A DNA stretch of 63,542 nt, filler included, from Octopus bimaculoides (lineage: Eukaryota), in NCBI RefSeq assembly GCF_001194135.2. It is 8 parts of 8 records of this genome, joined end to end, with 100 filler letters (N's around TTAATTAATTAA, not from the genome) between each part and the next. Parts side by side here need not be neighbours in the genome. Positions count along the whole stretch, not along the records: positions 51,652 to 54,188 come from NW_026408259.1; positions 54,289 to 57,186 come from NW_026348821.1; positions 57,287 to 63,542 come from NC_069002.1; 5 more parts are not named here. The stretch is one strand, 5' to 3'. Both the position numbers and the translations under genes were made by a program. How positions within the stretch are numbered: position 1 is the stretch's first letter; each line of letters begins with the position of its first letter. The notes under the pieces were generated by a model. That model was not told where the DNA came from. It worked only from the letters and a program-made list of their open reading frames with translations, and ran no database searches. Positions 53,981 to 63,542 of this stretch are shown here, one piece after another.

Positions 53981-54074
53981 TGATGTGTTCACCTCAATGT
54001 TTGGTGACAACAACAGACAGAAGCAGAAGCCAACCTCTGCTCGATCGAAGAAGTCTTCACAACATCTCAACACT
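53981..54074 (+). CDS. Candidate 94-nt internal exon: (x)DVFTSMFGDNNRQKQKPTSARSKKSSQHLNT (phase 2 to 0); the phase 1 to 2 frame is also open
   Basis: Long CT tract plus ttacag| acceptor and |gtgagt donor, in unique sequence. Confidence 0.55.
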
Positions 54075-54289
54075 GTGAGTCTATTACTGTTGTATTATTG
54101 TGTCTCCCTGTCTCCCTGCCCCTCTAACCCCTTACCTCCCAGTTGAAGACACACAAGATGTCGAAATATCGTTCACTAGATAACAATGNNNNNNNNNNNN
54201 NNNNNNNNNNNNNNNNNNNNNNNNNNNNNNNNTTAATTAATTAANNNNNNNNNNNNNNNNNNNNNNNNNNNNNNNNNNNNNNNNNNNNC

Positions 54290-54560
54290 TTAACGTAGAT
54301 CTCGGGGATATTCAGCATGACACAATGTGACAAGGCTGGCCCCTTTGAATTACAGGCACAGCAGAAACAGGAAGAAAGAGTGAGAAAAAAATTGTGGTGA
54401 AAGAGTACAACAGGGTTCGCCACCATCCCCTGCCGGAGCCTCGTGGAGCTTTTAGGTGTTTTCGCTCAATAAACACTCACAACGCCCGGTCTGGGAATCG
54501 AAACCGCGATCCTATGACCGCGAGTCTACTGCCCTAACCACTGGTCCATTGCGCCTCCAC
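54290..54560 (-). mobile_element. SINE family C, head and body
   Basis: The reverse complement of the head reads gtggaggcgcaatggaccagtggttagggcagtagactcgcggtcataggatcgcggtttcgattcccagacc (tRNA-like). Confidence 0.9.
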
Positions 54561-54599
54561 GTTCTATGTATAGAATAGGAAGCTAAGGTGTGACAAAGC

Positions 54600-55140
54600 A
54601 GAGTAGTAATACACTGATCAAAATGTTATGCATGCAACCTCCTTCATACAAACAATTGGTGAGAACAAAAGCCACAAGTTGCTCAGAATGCTGAGGTTAT
54701 CATCCTTCGTTGTGCTTTTTGTTACGCAGAAAAAAAATAAAGGAGATTACCCTGGCATTGCTCATGGTTTGTTAATCGAGCTATGTGTAGAAAAGAAGGT
54801 TAAGGCGTGACAGGGTAGCTCAGTACATACAATGGTCAATATGTCGTACATACAACCTGCCCCATAAAAACAATTGGTGAGAACAAAAGCCACCACAAGT
54901 TGCCCTGAATGCCGAGGTTACCATCCGTTGAGATTTCAGTGTTTAGACTGTTCAGAAAATACAGGCAAACCGACCAGGTCTCATCGTGTAAAAATCACAT
55001 GGAAAAGGCTTGGCTTCTGATTAATGTTGCAGCCCCAGCTGACAAAAAACAGATCCCTGAAAATGTTTGGAAAACTAAGAAAACATTATAAGCCCAGAGG
55101 CTGAAATCGGAAGAACGTGGTATCTCAAACCAATACCATT
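54600..55140 (+). mobile_element. Degraded R4/Dong endonuclease-region fragment with a partial tandem duplication
   Basis: aaacaattggtgagaacaaaagcc occurs twice. EVTIR*DFSV*TVQKIQANRPG resembles [KE].TILWDF.IQTD..I.ANRPD. Confidence 0.65.
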
Positions 55141-55165
55141 ATCTATTATTATTGGGATGTTCGGA

Positions 55166-55282
55166 AGGCGGTGAGCTAGCAGAAATGTTGGCACGCCGGG
55201 CGAAATGCTTAGCAGTATTTCGTCTGTCTATGTTCTGAGTTCAAATTCCACCGAGGTCGGCTTTGCCTTTCATCCTTTCGGG
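55166..55282 (+). mobile_element. SINE family B head
   Basis: aaggcggtgagctagcagaaatgttggcacgccgggcgaaatgcttagc. Confidence 0.88.
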
Positions 55283-55825
55283 NNNNNNNNNNGTGATGTT
55301 AATATTTTTAGATGTATGTATCTGTGTATGTTTGTATTATGTTTTTATGTATGTATAAGCGGGTATGTCTGCATTATATATAGACAAGTAATTAGTTGGT
55401 ACGCTCTCTCTTTCCCTCCCTCCCTCTCTGCCCCCCCCGTCACTCTCACTCTGGCATTTACTTTCTCTCTCGCTATGTCACTCGTTTTCTCCTTTCTTAC
55501 AATGTCTGTCTGTCTTTCTCTCTGTCACCAACTCCCTCACTATCTCTGTGTTTCACTCNNNNNNNNNNGAGTACATTTCGTAATGTCAGGACCGGATTAA
55601 GAGCAATAGAGGCTCTAATTTCTGTTGTGCCGTAAACCATTCACCATTTCTGGGATGCGCCCCCTCCCTTGATTCGCTAAGCACGCGCTTATATTGCTTA
55701 ATGGTTAATACAACGTTAAATCTGTAACATTCGATGCAAACGTTCTGGGATCGATTTGTTCGACTAAAACACTTCAAGGCGGTGCTCCAGCACGGACACG
55801 CTCAAATGGCTGAAACAGGTAAAAG

Positions 55826-55859
<34 letters not shown>

Positions 55860-55861
<2 letters not shown>

Positions 55862-56260
55862 TATGCATGGAGGGGCTGGCCCCGGTATTTGGAATTGAGA
55901 GTTATACCAGACTTCGAATCGGAAGTCATTATGCTGTTCCAAAGGTCCTAGCTGTGCCTTCTAAGGTGAGGGCCATGTACAGCAATAGGTCGTGATTCAA
56001 GAGCTCGCAGCAATCTAATGCCTTGCCAAAACATCCGAGGGATCTCTGAGGACTGAGAGAAGACGTTTTCAAGAAACAACTTGACCTCTTGCTATCCAGG
56101 ATCCCAGATGAACCAATATCAAGGCTGGAAACTCAAAAGAGGATAGCAGTACCTCTTTCACCAGAAGCCATTCACATAGGATTAGCCAATTAAAAGGAGA
56201 TTACACAGGAGGTGCCCCAGCATGGCCACAGCCTTGGGGGCCGAAACATATAAAAAAATA
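55860..56260 (+). mobile_element. 3' end of a CR1/L2-group LINE
   Basis: ..FKKQLDLLLSRIPDEP.., followed by a short tail ending ccgaaacatataaaaaaataaaa. Confidence 0.7.
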
Positions 56261-57144
56261 AAATACACATACATATATATATTTGTGTATTTATGCGTAC
56301 GTAACAAAAAAGTGTAGGACGATTCTGTTACCTGGAAACTAAGATGAAAGAAAATATAAATGGTAAAACAAGTAAGGGAAAAAATTGAGCATTTACACCT
56401 GAATATACATGTAATGAGTGTACCTGTCAATATACACTCAGCTACGTGCAGACATACGAGTATATATACGTATATATACATATAGATATAAATAGAAACA
56501 CATACACACGTTTACACACATTTTTTTTACACACACATATGCGCGTATGTAAACGTGTATATATACATATACACACATATGAATGCATGTATATTAATAT
56601 ATACACACATTCATATATATATATATGTGTGTATATATATGTATATATATATATATATAGATATACTTTCATATATCTATATATTTATGTATAAATAATT
56701 ATATATGCAAGTACGTAAATGCATACATATATATACAGACACACGTTTACACGTATATATATATATTTTTTTACATACACACACATATATATATCTATTT
56801 ATATGTGTGTGTGTAGATCTAGAGTGGCGTGTCTGTGCTTATGTCTGTGTAAATATTTGTGCAAATGTATAGCGTTAATTATATAGACTATTTTAAGCAG
56901 CAACGTCTTTTTCTGTAGGACAATATGTTTGTATGTGTACGTGAATATATACATATATATACACGCACACACACACAGAGGCAAAGATAGATACGTGTAT
57001 AGATACTGGCATACATATACACAGACATACATGTACATATGCATACACACACACGTATAGAATGCTGAAACAAGTATAAATATAGACTTATGTTTTGTCT
57101 TATGCACGCATGCGTAAATAAATCTATTACTCTGTATGCTTATA

Positions 57145-57186
<42 letters not shown>

Positions 57187-57424
57187 NNNNNNNNNNNNNN
57201 NNNNNNNNNNNNNNNNNNNNNNNNNNNNNNTTAATTAATTAANNNNNNNNNNNNNNNNNNNNNNNNNNNNNNNNNNNNNNNNNNNNATTATTGCACTACT
57301 AGCTCTAGTGTAATAAAAAAAAAATTAATCAACCACATATACTTGACGTATATGCTTAGTGTATTTGCCGCAGAATCACAGCCTGTCGGCTGAGAGAAGT
57401 AGAGGCGACGTCGAGAGAGTGACG

Positions 57425-57488
<64 letters not shown>

Positions 57489-57828
57489 TGCTGTTAGTGA
57501 TTCGTCTGACGAGGAGTTGGTATCTCAGAAGTGTGTCTGCAATTCCGAAGATTGCCTGCGTATGGAGACGAGATAGAGAAAGGGGGCAGTTTCTGGTATT
57601 TCTTTAGAGTTATATGTCAGATAGAAGAAGTTGGTAAACAGAATGTGAATTACACATTAGTCTCGGCGTCACAAACGGTTTATTTCTGTTCAGTCAGCTG
57701 TATTTGTTGGTGTCTCGTTGATGGACATGCTCAAAATAATATATTCGTTCATTACGAATTTAGTTGTTGCTATTGTTGTTGTTGTCTAGACAATCACGTT
57801 TGACGTTCATCAGAACATATAATCTTTT

Positions 57829-57870
<42 letters not shown>

Positions 57871-58169
57871 TTTTTCTATCTCCATTAAAGTTTATCAATT
57901 ATTAAGATGCCTCCCGTTCTATCATACACTCATATGTATGTGTATACGTGTATATGTTAGGCGATGTGAAAAAGAAAAAAAAAATGCAGAAAAAACGAAG
58001 AAGTTAGACGTAAACAGAAATAAAATACAAAATAATATTTAACGGAAAATTATGACAGCCATATTAAAAACATAATAAATAAGCGAAGAAAAAGAAAGCT
58101 ATAAAATGAATAAATAAATAAATAAATAAATAAATAAAGAAGTAATTACACTTTAAAGTTTTAGCACAA

Positions 58170-58345
58170 TGCCTGCAATTTCAGAAGAATGGAGTAAGTC
58201 GATTAAATCGACACCAGAGCAGGTACTTATTTTATCGACCCCGAAAGGATGAAAATCAAAGTCGACCTCGGCAGAATTTGAACTCAGAACATGAAAACGG
58301 GCGAAATACTGCAGGTGTGCTAACGATCGTGTCAGCTCACTGCCT
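58170..58345 (-). mobile_element. SINE family B copy
   Basis: ttatcgaccccgaaaggatgaaaatcaaagtcgacctcggcagaatttgaactcagaac. Confidence 0.88.
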
Positions 58346-58384
58346 TAGTGAAACCAAAAAGCCAAACAATGTTAAAAACCAGAA

Positions 58385-59043
58385 AAAGAACAAAAGTTAT
58401 CAGACTGGCAGGAGAAGGCTTTGCATGGTAGATTCCCAAAGATAGTTGCTGCAAATAATAGTAGTGAGATATGGTTATGATTGCAAAAAGGAAAGCTGAA
58501 AAGGGTGACAGAAAGTTTGTTAGTAGCGGCACAACATCAAGCATTATGGACTAATTGGATAAAAGCTAAGATAGACAAAAACCAAGTAGATTCCAAAGTA
58601 CTAGAAAGTAAGAAATATAAGATGTTGTTGGAATTTAACGTTCAGACTGACAAGGTAATAGAAGATTGAAGGCCTGATTTAGTAGTAGTAGGTAAAGAGA
58701 ATAGAAAGTGCTAGATAATTGACTACAGAGTATCTCAACAGGCATGATAGAGCAGCACAATATATTCACTGGGTAATTTGCAAAAACATGGACCTGTCCC
58801 ATGATAAAAACTGGTGGGAACACAAACCACCTCTAGTGCTTGAAAATGATCACATCTCACTCCTCTGGAAAATCACCATTCAAACTAACAGAAAGATAGA
58901 TGTGAATAAGTCAGACATTATATTGAAAGACTTCAGACAAAAATCATGCTTTCTCATTGATATGACTGTCCCAATCGACAGAAATGTATCTGTCAAGACC
59001 TACCAAAAACTGAGCAAGTATAAAGATCTTGAAATAGAAATTA
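58385..59043 (+). mobile_element. R4/Dong-clade LINE C-terminal region (post-RT plus restriction-like endonuclease), mosaic of two fragments
   Basis: WQEKALHGRF, ESLLVAAQHQALWTNWIKAKID, FNVQTDKVIE.*RPDLVVV, then EYLNRHDRAAQYIHWVICK..WWEHKP..VLENDHISLLW..IQTNRKIDVNKSDIILKD..CFLIDMTVP..KLSKYKDLEIEI. Confidence 0.88.
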
Positions 59044-59077
59044 AGTCGGTTTCACTGATTCTTAATTTATCGACCCC

Positions 59078-59531
59078 AAGAAGAAGAAGAAGAAGAAGAA
59101 GAAGAAGAAGAAGAAGAAGAAGAAGAAGAAGAAGAAGAAGAAGAAGAAGAAGAAGAAGACGACGACGACGACGACGACGAAGAAGAAGAAGAAGAAGAAG
59201 AAGAAGAAGAAGAAGAAGAAGACGACGACGACGAAGAAGNNNNNNNNNNNNNNNNNNNNNNNNNNNNNNNNNNNNNNNNNNNNNNNNNNNNNNNNNNNNN
59301 NNNNNNNNNNNNNNNNNNNNNNNNNNNNNNNNNNNNNNNNNNNNNNNNNNNNNNNNNNNNNNNNNNNNNNNNNNNNNNNNNNNNNNNNNNNNNNNNNNNN
59401 NNNNNNNNNGACGACGACGACGACGACGACGAAGAAGAAGAAGAAGAAGAAGAAGAAGAAGAAGAAGAAGAAGAAGAAGAAGAAGAAGAAGAAGAAGAAG
59501 AAGAAGAAAAAGAAGAAGAAGAAGAAGAAGG
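59078..59531. repeat. (GAA)n/(GAC)n microsatellite spanning a gap
   Basis: Directly visible. It is the source of the poly-R and poly-S ORFs. Confidence 0.97.
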
Positions 59532-60239
59532 AATATTGGTCTTAAACATCAGTGAAAAAGTTGTTATTACAAACCGCTATTTCTTTTTTTTTTCCTTTCG
59601 AGTAGAAGGTGAGTTTAAGATGATCCGGACTGAATGATGGACCTTATGCAAACAGACTGAAAACAAACGAGGTACTCAGGGTAGGCAGTAATTACTCAGG
59701 GTAGGCAGTTGGTGACCTTTAAGTAGTGAAACACACAGAAAGTAACGAAACACAGGCACGCGACTGAGTTGAAGGCAGATTTACTTCTGCCTTCATAGCG
59801 CGTAAAGAAAACGTTGTTGTAGAAATGTACGCAGCACATGTACTACAGCAGTACTATGCGTAGCTTAAATACTGAGATTGAAAAGCATTAAGTGAATTAT
59901 GCCTGCCTAATCTACAAAAAAAATTAAATATGTTGTATTTTATGCATAGTAATCAGAGTAACCTTCATAATTTTATTGAATTAGGTGCATATTTTGCCAT
60001 AAAAAGAAAATGTTGCTATCGATCTACTTTATCCAAGGTAGGCACTGCCTACTTTGCCTACCCAGGCGGCACGTCCCTGAAACAAACAAAAGTGTTAGAA
60101 AAGCACGACTAGAGACCTTTTTAAAGTGACACTAACACAATAATCACAACGCAACGCTATGGACAAGCTTCTTCTTAGAATACGAGAGATTCCTTGTACC
60201 TTTTTTTGTTCTTGCTTTTTGCTCCCTCATACTTTTTTA

Positions 60240-60480
60240 TTCTTTTCTCTTCTTACTTCGGCACGGACTGCGGTCCTGCTGGAGCACTGTCTTCAAGGGC
60301 TTAATCGAACAAACCGGCTCATGCAAGTTCATTTTTTTTTTTTTTTACATCTTGTATTTATTCTGCTGGATTCTTAATTGGTCGACCCAGGGCTGTAGCA
60401 TTAGGCACTTGCCCAAGACGGAATGTAGTTGGACAGAACCAAAAAGCTCTGGGTTTCAAAGCGAACTTCTTAACCACAAA
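60240..60480 (-). mobile_element. Degraded SINE family A
   Basis: gactgcggtcctgctggagcactgtcttcaagg ... gtcgacccagggctgtag..aggcacttgcccaag. Confidence 0.7.
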
Positions 60481-61374
60481 ACTATGACTTCACCTATAAA
60501 TGTTAAGCCCCCTCTGCCAGGAATCTAAGTCATCTTGACATTTTTCTTTCAGACATTAAAGAATCTACTTCGATAACGTGTGCACGAAAATATCGATTAA
60601 TAGCCAAGTTTTCTATACTTAGAACTGCTCTCTTGCGAAAATCTTCCTTGTGTTTTTTTTTAGCATATTCTTTCGCAGAGGTCGATACGTGGTGCATCGA
60701 AATAATTATGTTGAAACATTTTTATTCCGCTGTTTCACATGTTCATGATAATTTACCCCCGACTTGCCAGATATCAGAACACATCAGCAAATAATTTGTT
60801 TACGCTGAATTCTTTCAATAAAGACAAACATTCGTGTTTAGATTCAATATCACAGTTAGCTTTAATTGAAGGGATAAAATGAAATCGAAACACCGGTGTC
60901 TCAAAGTCCCCCAATGTCACTGAATTATGTGTGTTGTAAACACACATCATCTGAAAGGAGTTGTTCTGCGAAGACGAAAAGCAACAGCGATTTACCTATT
61001 CACGTTCAAATCTGCCGGAACGAGTTCAGAATGTATATGTACACCAATGTTCTCATTCTCGGTATTTTACGTGCTATGTTAATTTATTATTGACATGGCA
61101 GACATCAGAACTCATGAGCGTCATTTAATCGTGTGTGTTGTTAACACAGCGTCCAAAGGAAGAGGTTGTTCTCCAGTGGTGAAATACAACAGTGATTAAC
61201 ATATGCACGTTCGAATCAGCTGAAACGTATGAACAACGAACATGTACATGTTTGCTTTAATTCTCGATATTTTATGCGCCCATAATAATATATTATCAAC
61301 TTGGCAGATATCTTCACACATCAGCAAAGAGTTTGTTCGTTGAATTCCATCATCCAGGGCGACCATACATTTCT

Positions 61375-61744
61375 TCCGTCTTGACGTGTTCTGAGTTCAG
61401 ATTCCGCTGAAGTCTACTTTGCCTTTCAACGTTTCGGGGTCGATGAAATAAATATCAGAGGAACGATAGATTCAATGTAATCGACTTACCCCCTCCCCTA
61501 AAACTTGAAGCTACTGAAGGCAGTGAGCTAACAGAATCGCTGACTGAACAAAATACTTAGCGGCATTTTTGGCAGTCTTTACATTTTGAGTTCAAATTCC
61601 GCCGAGGTCGACTTTGCCTTTCGTCCTTTCAGGGTCGATAAAATATGTACCACTTGAACACTAAGGGCAATGTGATCGACTTTATCCCCTCCCTAAACTT
61701 GCCCTTGTGGCAAATATTTGAAATTATCATTATTATTATTATTA

Positions 61745-61805
<61 letters not shown>

Positions 61806-61980
61806 GACGTTGAGCCAGCAGAATCGTTAGCAGGTCGAACACAACGCTTAACGGAATTTCGTCCATGTTCGCCTTTCATCTTGTCGAAGTAAGAAGTAAG
61901 AGTCAGTCGAGCACAGGGGTCGATTTATTCCGCTTTCCCCCTTCCCCTTTCACTTGCTGGTCTAGTGCCCAAATTTGAAA
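61375..61980 (+). mobile_element. Cluster of three SINE family B copies
   Basis: ttctgagttca.attccgc.ga.gtc.actttgcctt at about 61390 and 61590, and a degraded copy at about 61810. Confidence 0.8.
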
Positions 61981-62912
61981 GCATTGGTATCGACGAAGCA
62001 TACATAAGTAAAGTTATCCCGGAGTCAAGATGTAACTGATGATATATATATACATACATAGGCAATGGCGAACGTCAGAAGGCAATGGCGAACGTCTGCT
62101 TACTCTTTCGCCACAACTTTCTCTCACTCTTTCCTCCTCCATCTAGCAGCTCACCTGCGACGGAACGGCGCCTCGTCAAAGTGGAGAACCTATTCGCCAA
62201 TGGAACCTGGAAACATGAACCAGGAATGGTTCTTGAAGGAACAAACAGCAACAACTACAATCATTACAAGATATTAAACAAACGTGATCTGGTGACGTTC
62301 ATGAATTTCTCTAACAGCATTAATCAGTTTTGCATGGGATGCAAAATCGAGTGGAGTGGGTTTTTAATTCCCGTTTGAATTTCCGCTGATTCCCTTCGTG
62401 ATGTAAATTACGTGAATGTTTTCATTTTTAAACTTCATTTGAGGAGGTTGTTCATTGGGTGAACCACATGGAGAGAGACGAAAAGAAAAGAGAAAGAAAA
62501 AGCAATTGAACAGTGAAATGTCGATCGCTCATACATNNNNNNNNNNNNNNNNNNNNNNNNNNNNNNNNNNNNNNNNNNNNNNNNNNNNNNNNNNNNNNNN
62601 NNNNNNNNNNNNNNNNNNNNNNNNNNNNNNNNNNNNNNNNNNNNNNNNNNNNNNNNNNNNNNNNNNNNNNNNNNNNNNNNNNNNNNNNNNNNNNNNNNNN
62701 NNNNNNNNNNNNNNNNNNNNNNNNNNNNNNNNNNNNNNNNNNNNNNNNNNNNNNNNNNNNNNNNNNNNNNNNNNNNNNNNNNNNNNNNNNNNNNNNNNNN
62801 NNNNNNNNNNNNNNNNNNNNNNNNNNNNNNNNNNNNNNNNNNNNNNNNNNNNNNNNNNNNNNNNNNNNNNNNNNNNNNNNNNNNNNNNNNNNNNNNNNNN
62901 NNNNNNNNNNNN

Positions 62913-62948
<36 letters not shown>

Positions 62949-62986
62949 TGCGTATCAAAATGTATATTTGTGTAAATATACATATA

Positions 62987-63432
62987 CAGGATTCGGTGAA
63001 TAAACTGTCGTCTAAATTACACAAAAATGAAAATAATACTGACATCTCATTTTAACATATATTTACCAAAATTACATTAAAAAAAATCTTGAAATACCAA
63101 AGACTGAATTTATCCAATAAAAATCACCATTGGCTTAAACCACGGGCTCCAGACGACTTCGGCATCTCCTGCAGCTCTTCTGGACGGTCTCCTCGTTTAA
63201 GTTGGTGAACGCTCACCGTAATCCTTGCTGCCATAACCCTTCATCTTTGGTGTTACAAGGAGTTTTGTTGGTCTCTCGCTCAACTGCACTCCACACATAA
63301 TAATACTGTTTTTCTCACAGACGCTGCTCGACTGACCCTACTATACTGTGTAGTCGACAAAATCAAAATCAACCAATGCGCATACGCGAAATTAAAAGTA
63401 CAAAATGCCAACACATTATCCATCGCACCCTG
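62987..63432 (-). mobile_element. 446-bp Tc1/mariner (maT-like) deletion derivative retaining the transposase C-terminus
   Basis: TA-flanked imperfect TIRs caggattcggtgaataa and (reverse complement) cagggtgcgatggataa. The minus strand reads YYVWSAVERETNKTPCNTKDE..AARITVAFTNLNEETVQKSCRRCRSRLE.VV*ANGDF (frameshifted). Confidence 0.85.
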
Positions 63433-63490
63433 TATATATGCATATACATATATGTACACGTATATGCATATCCATGTGTGTGTCTGTATA

Positions 63491-63542
<52 letters not shown>

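Noticed and set aside
62085-62378. 97-aa ORF initially considered a further paralog (KVEN, NNYNHY, VTFMN)
   Set aside because: 62065-62230 is the reverse complement of the SINE C body seen at 52006-52090, and the frame at the putative donor does not match copies A and B.

Overview
AT-rich eukaryotic genomic DNA dominated by microsatellites, with many N gaps. No prokaryotic features, rRNA, intact tRNA or CRISPR are seen. The SINE families and repeat landscape look cephalopod (Octopus-like), which is an inference from recall. Almost all ORFs in the supplied track are microsatellite or N-gap artefacts. Recognisable content: (i) at least three tRNA-headed SINE families in more than 30 copies; (ii) decayed LINE pieces (CR1/L2 RT, RTE, R4/Dong restriction-like endonuclease), a decayed Penelope-like element, a 2.5-kb Tigger/pogo transposon with both TIRs, a 790-bp MITE with 8-bp TSDs (Merlin-like) and Tc1/mariner MITEs; (iii) a few candidate spliced exons that the ORF track misses or over-extends. 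The most interesting signal is an old, collinear tandem duplication (about 30.1-34.1 kb versus 37.4-44.8 kb). Each unit carries a conserved upstream block and a + strand exon with exactly 47 codons from ATG to a phase-1 GT donor (cores SNYYxRHPG and GN[VI]TMN). A possible third, more diverged member lies at 26.36-26.60 kb. I do not recognise the encoded peptides, so no gene symbols are given. SINE and LINE boundaries are approximate because everything was read by eye.
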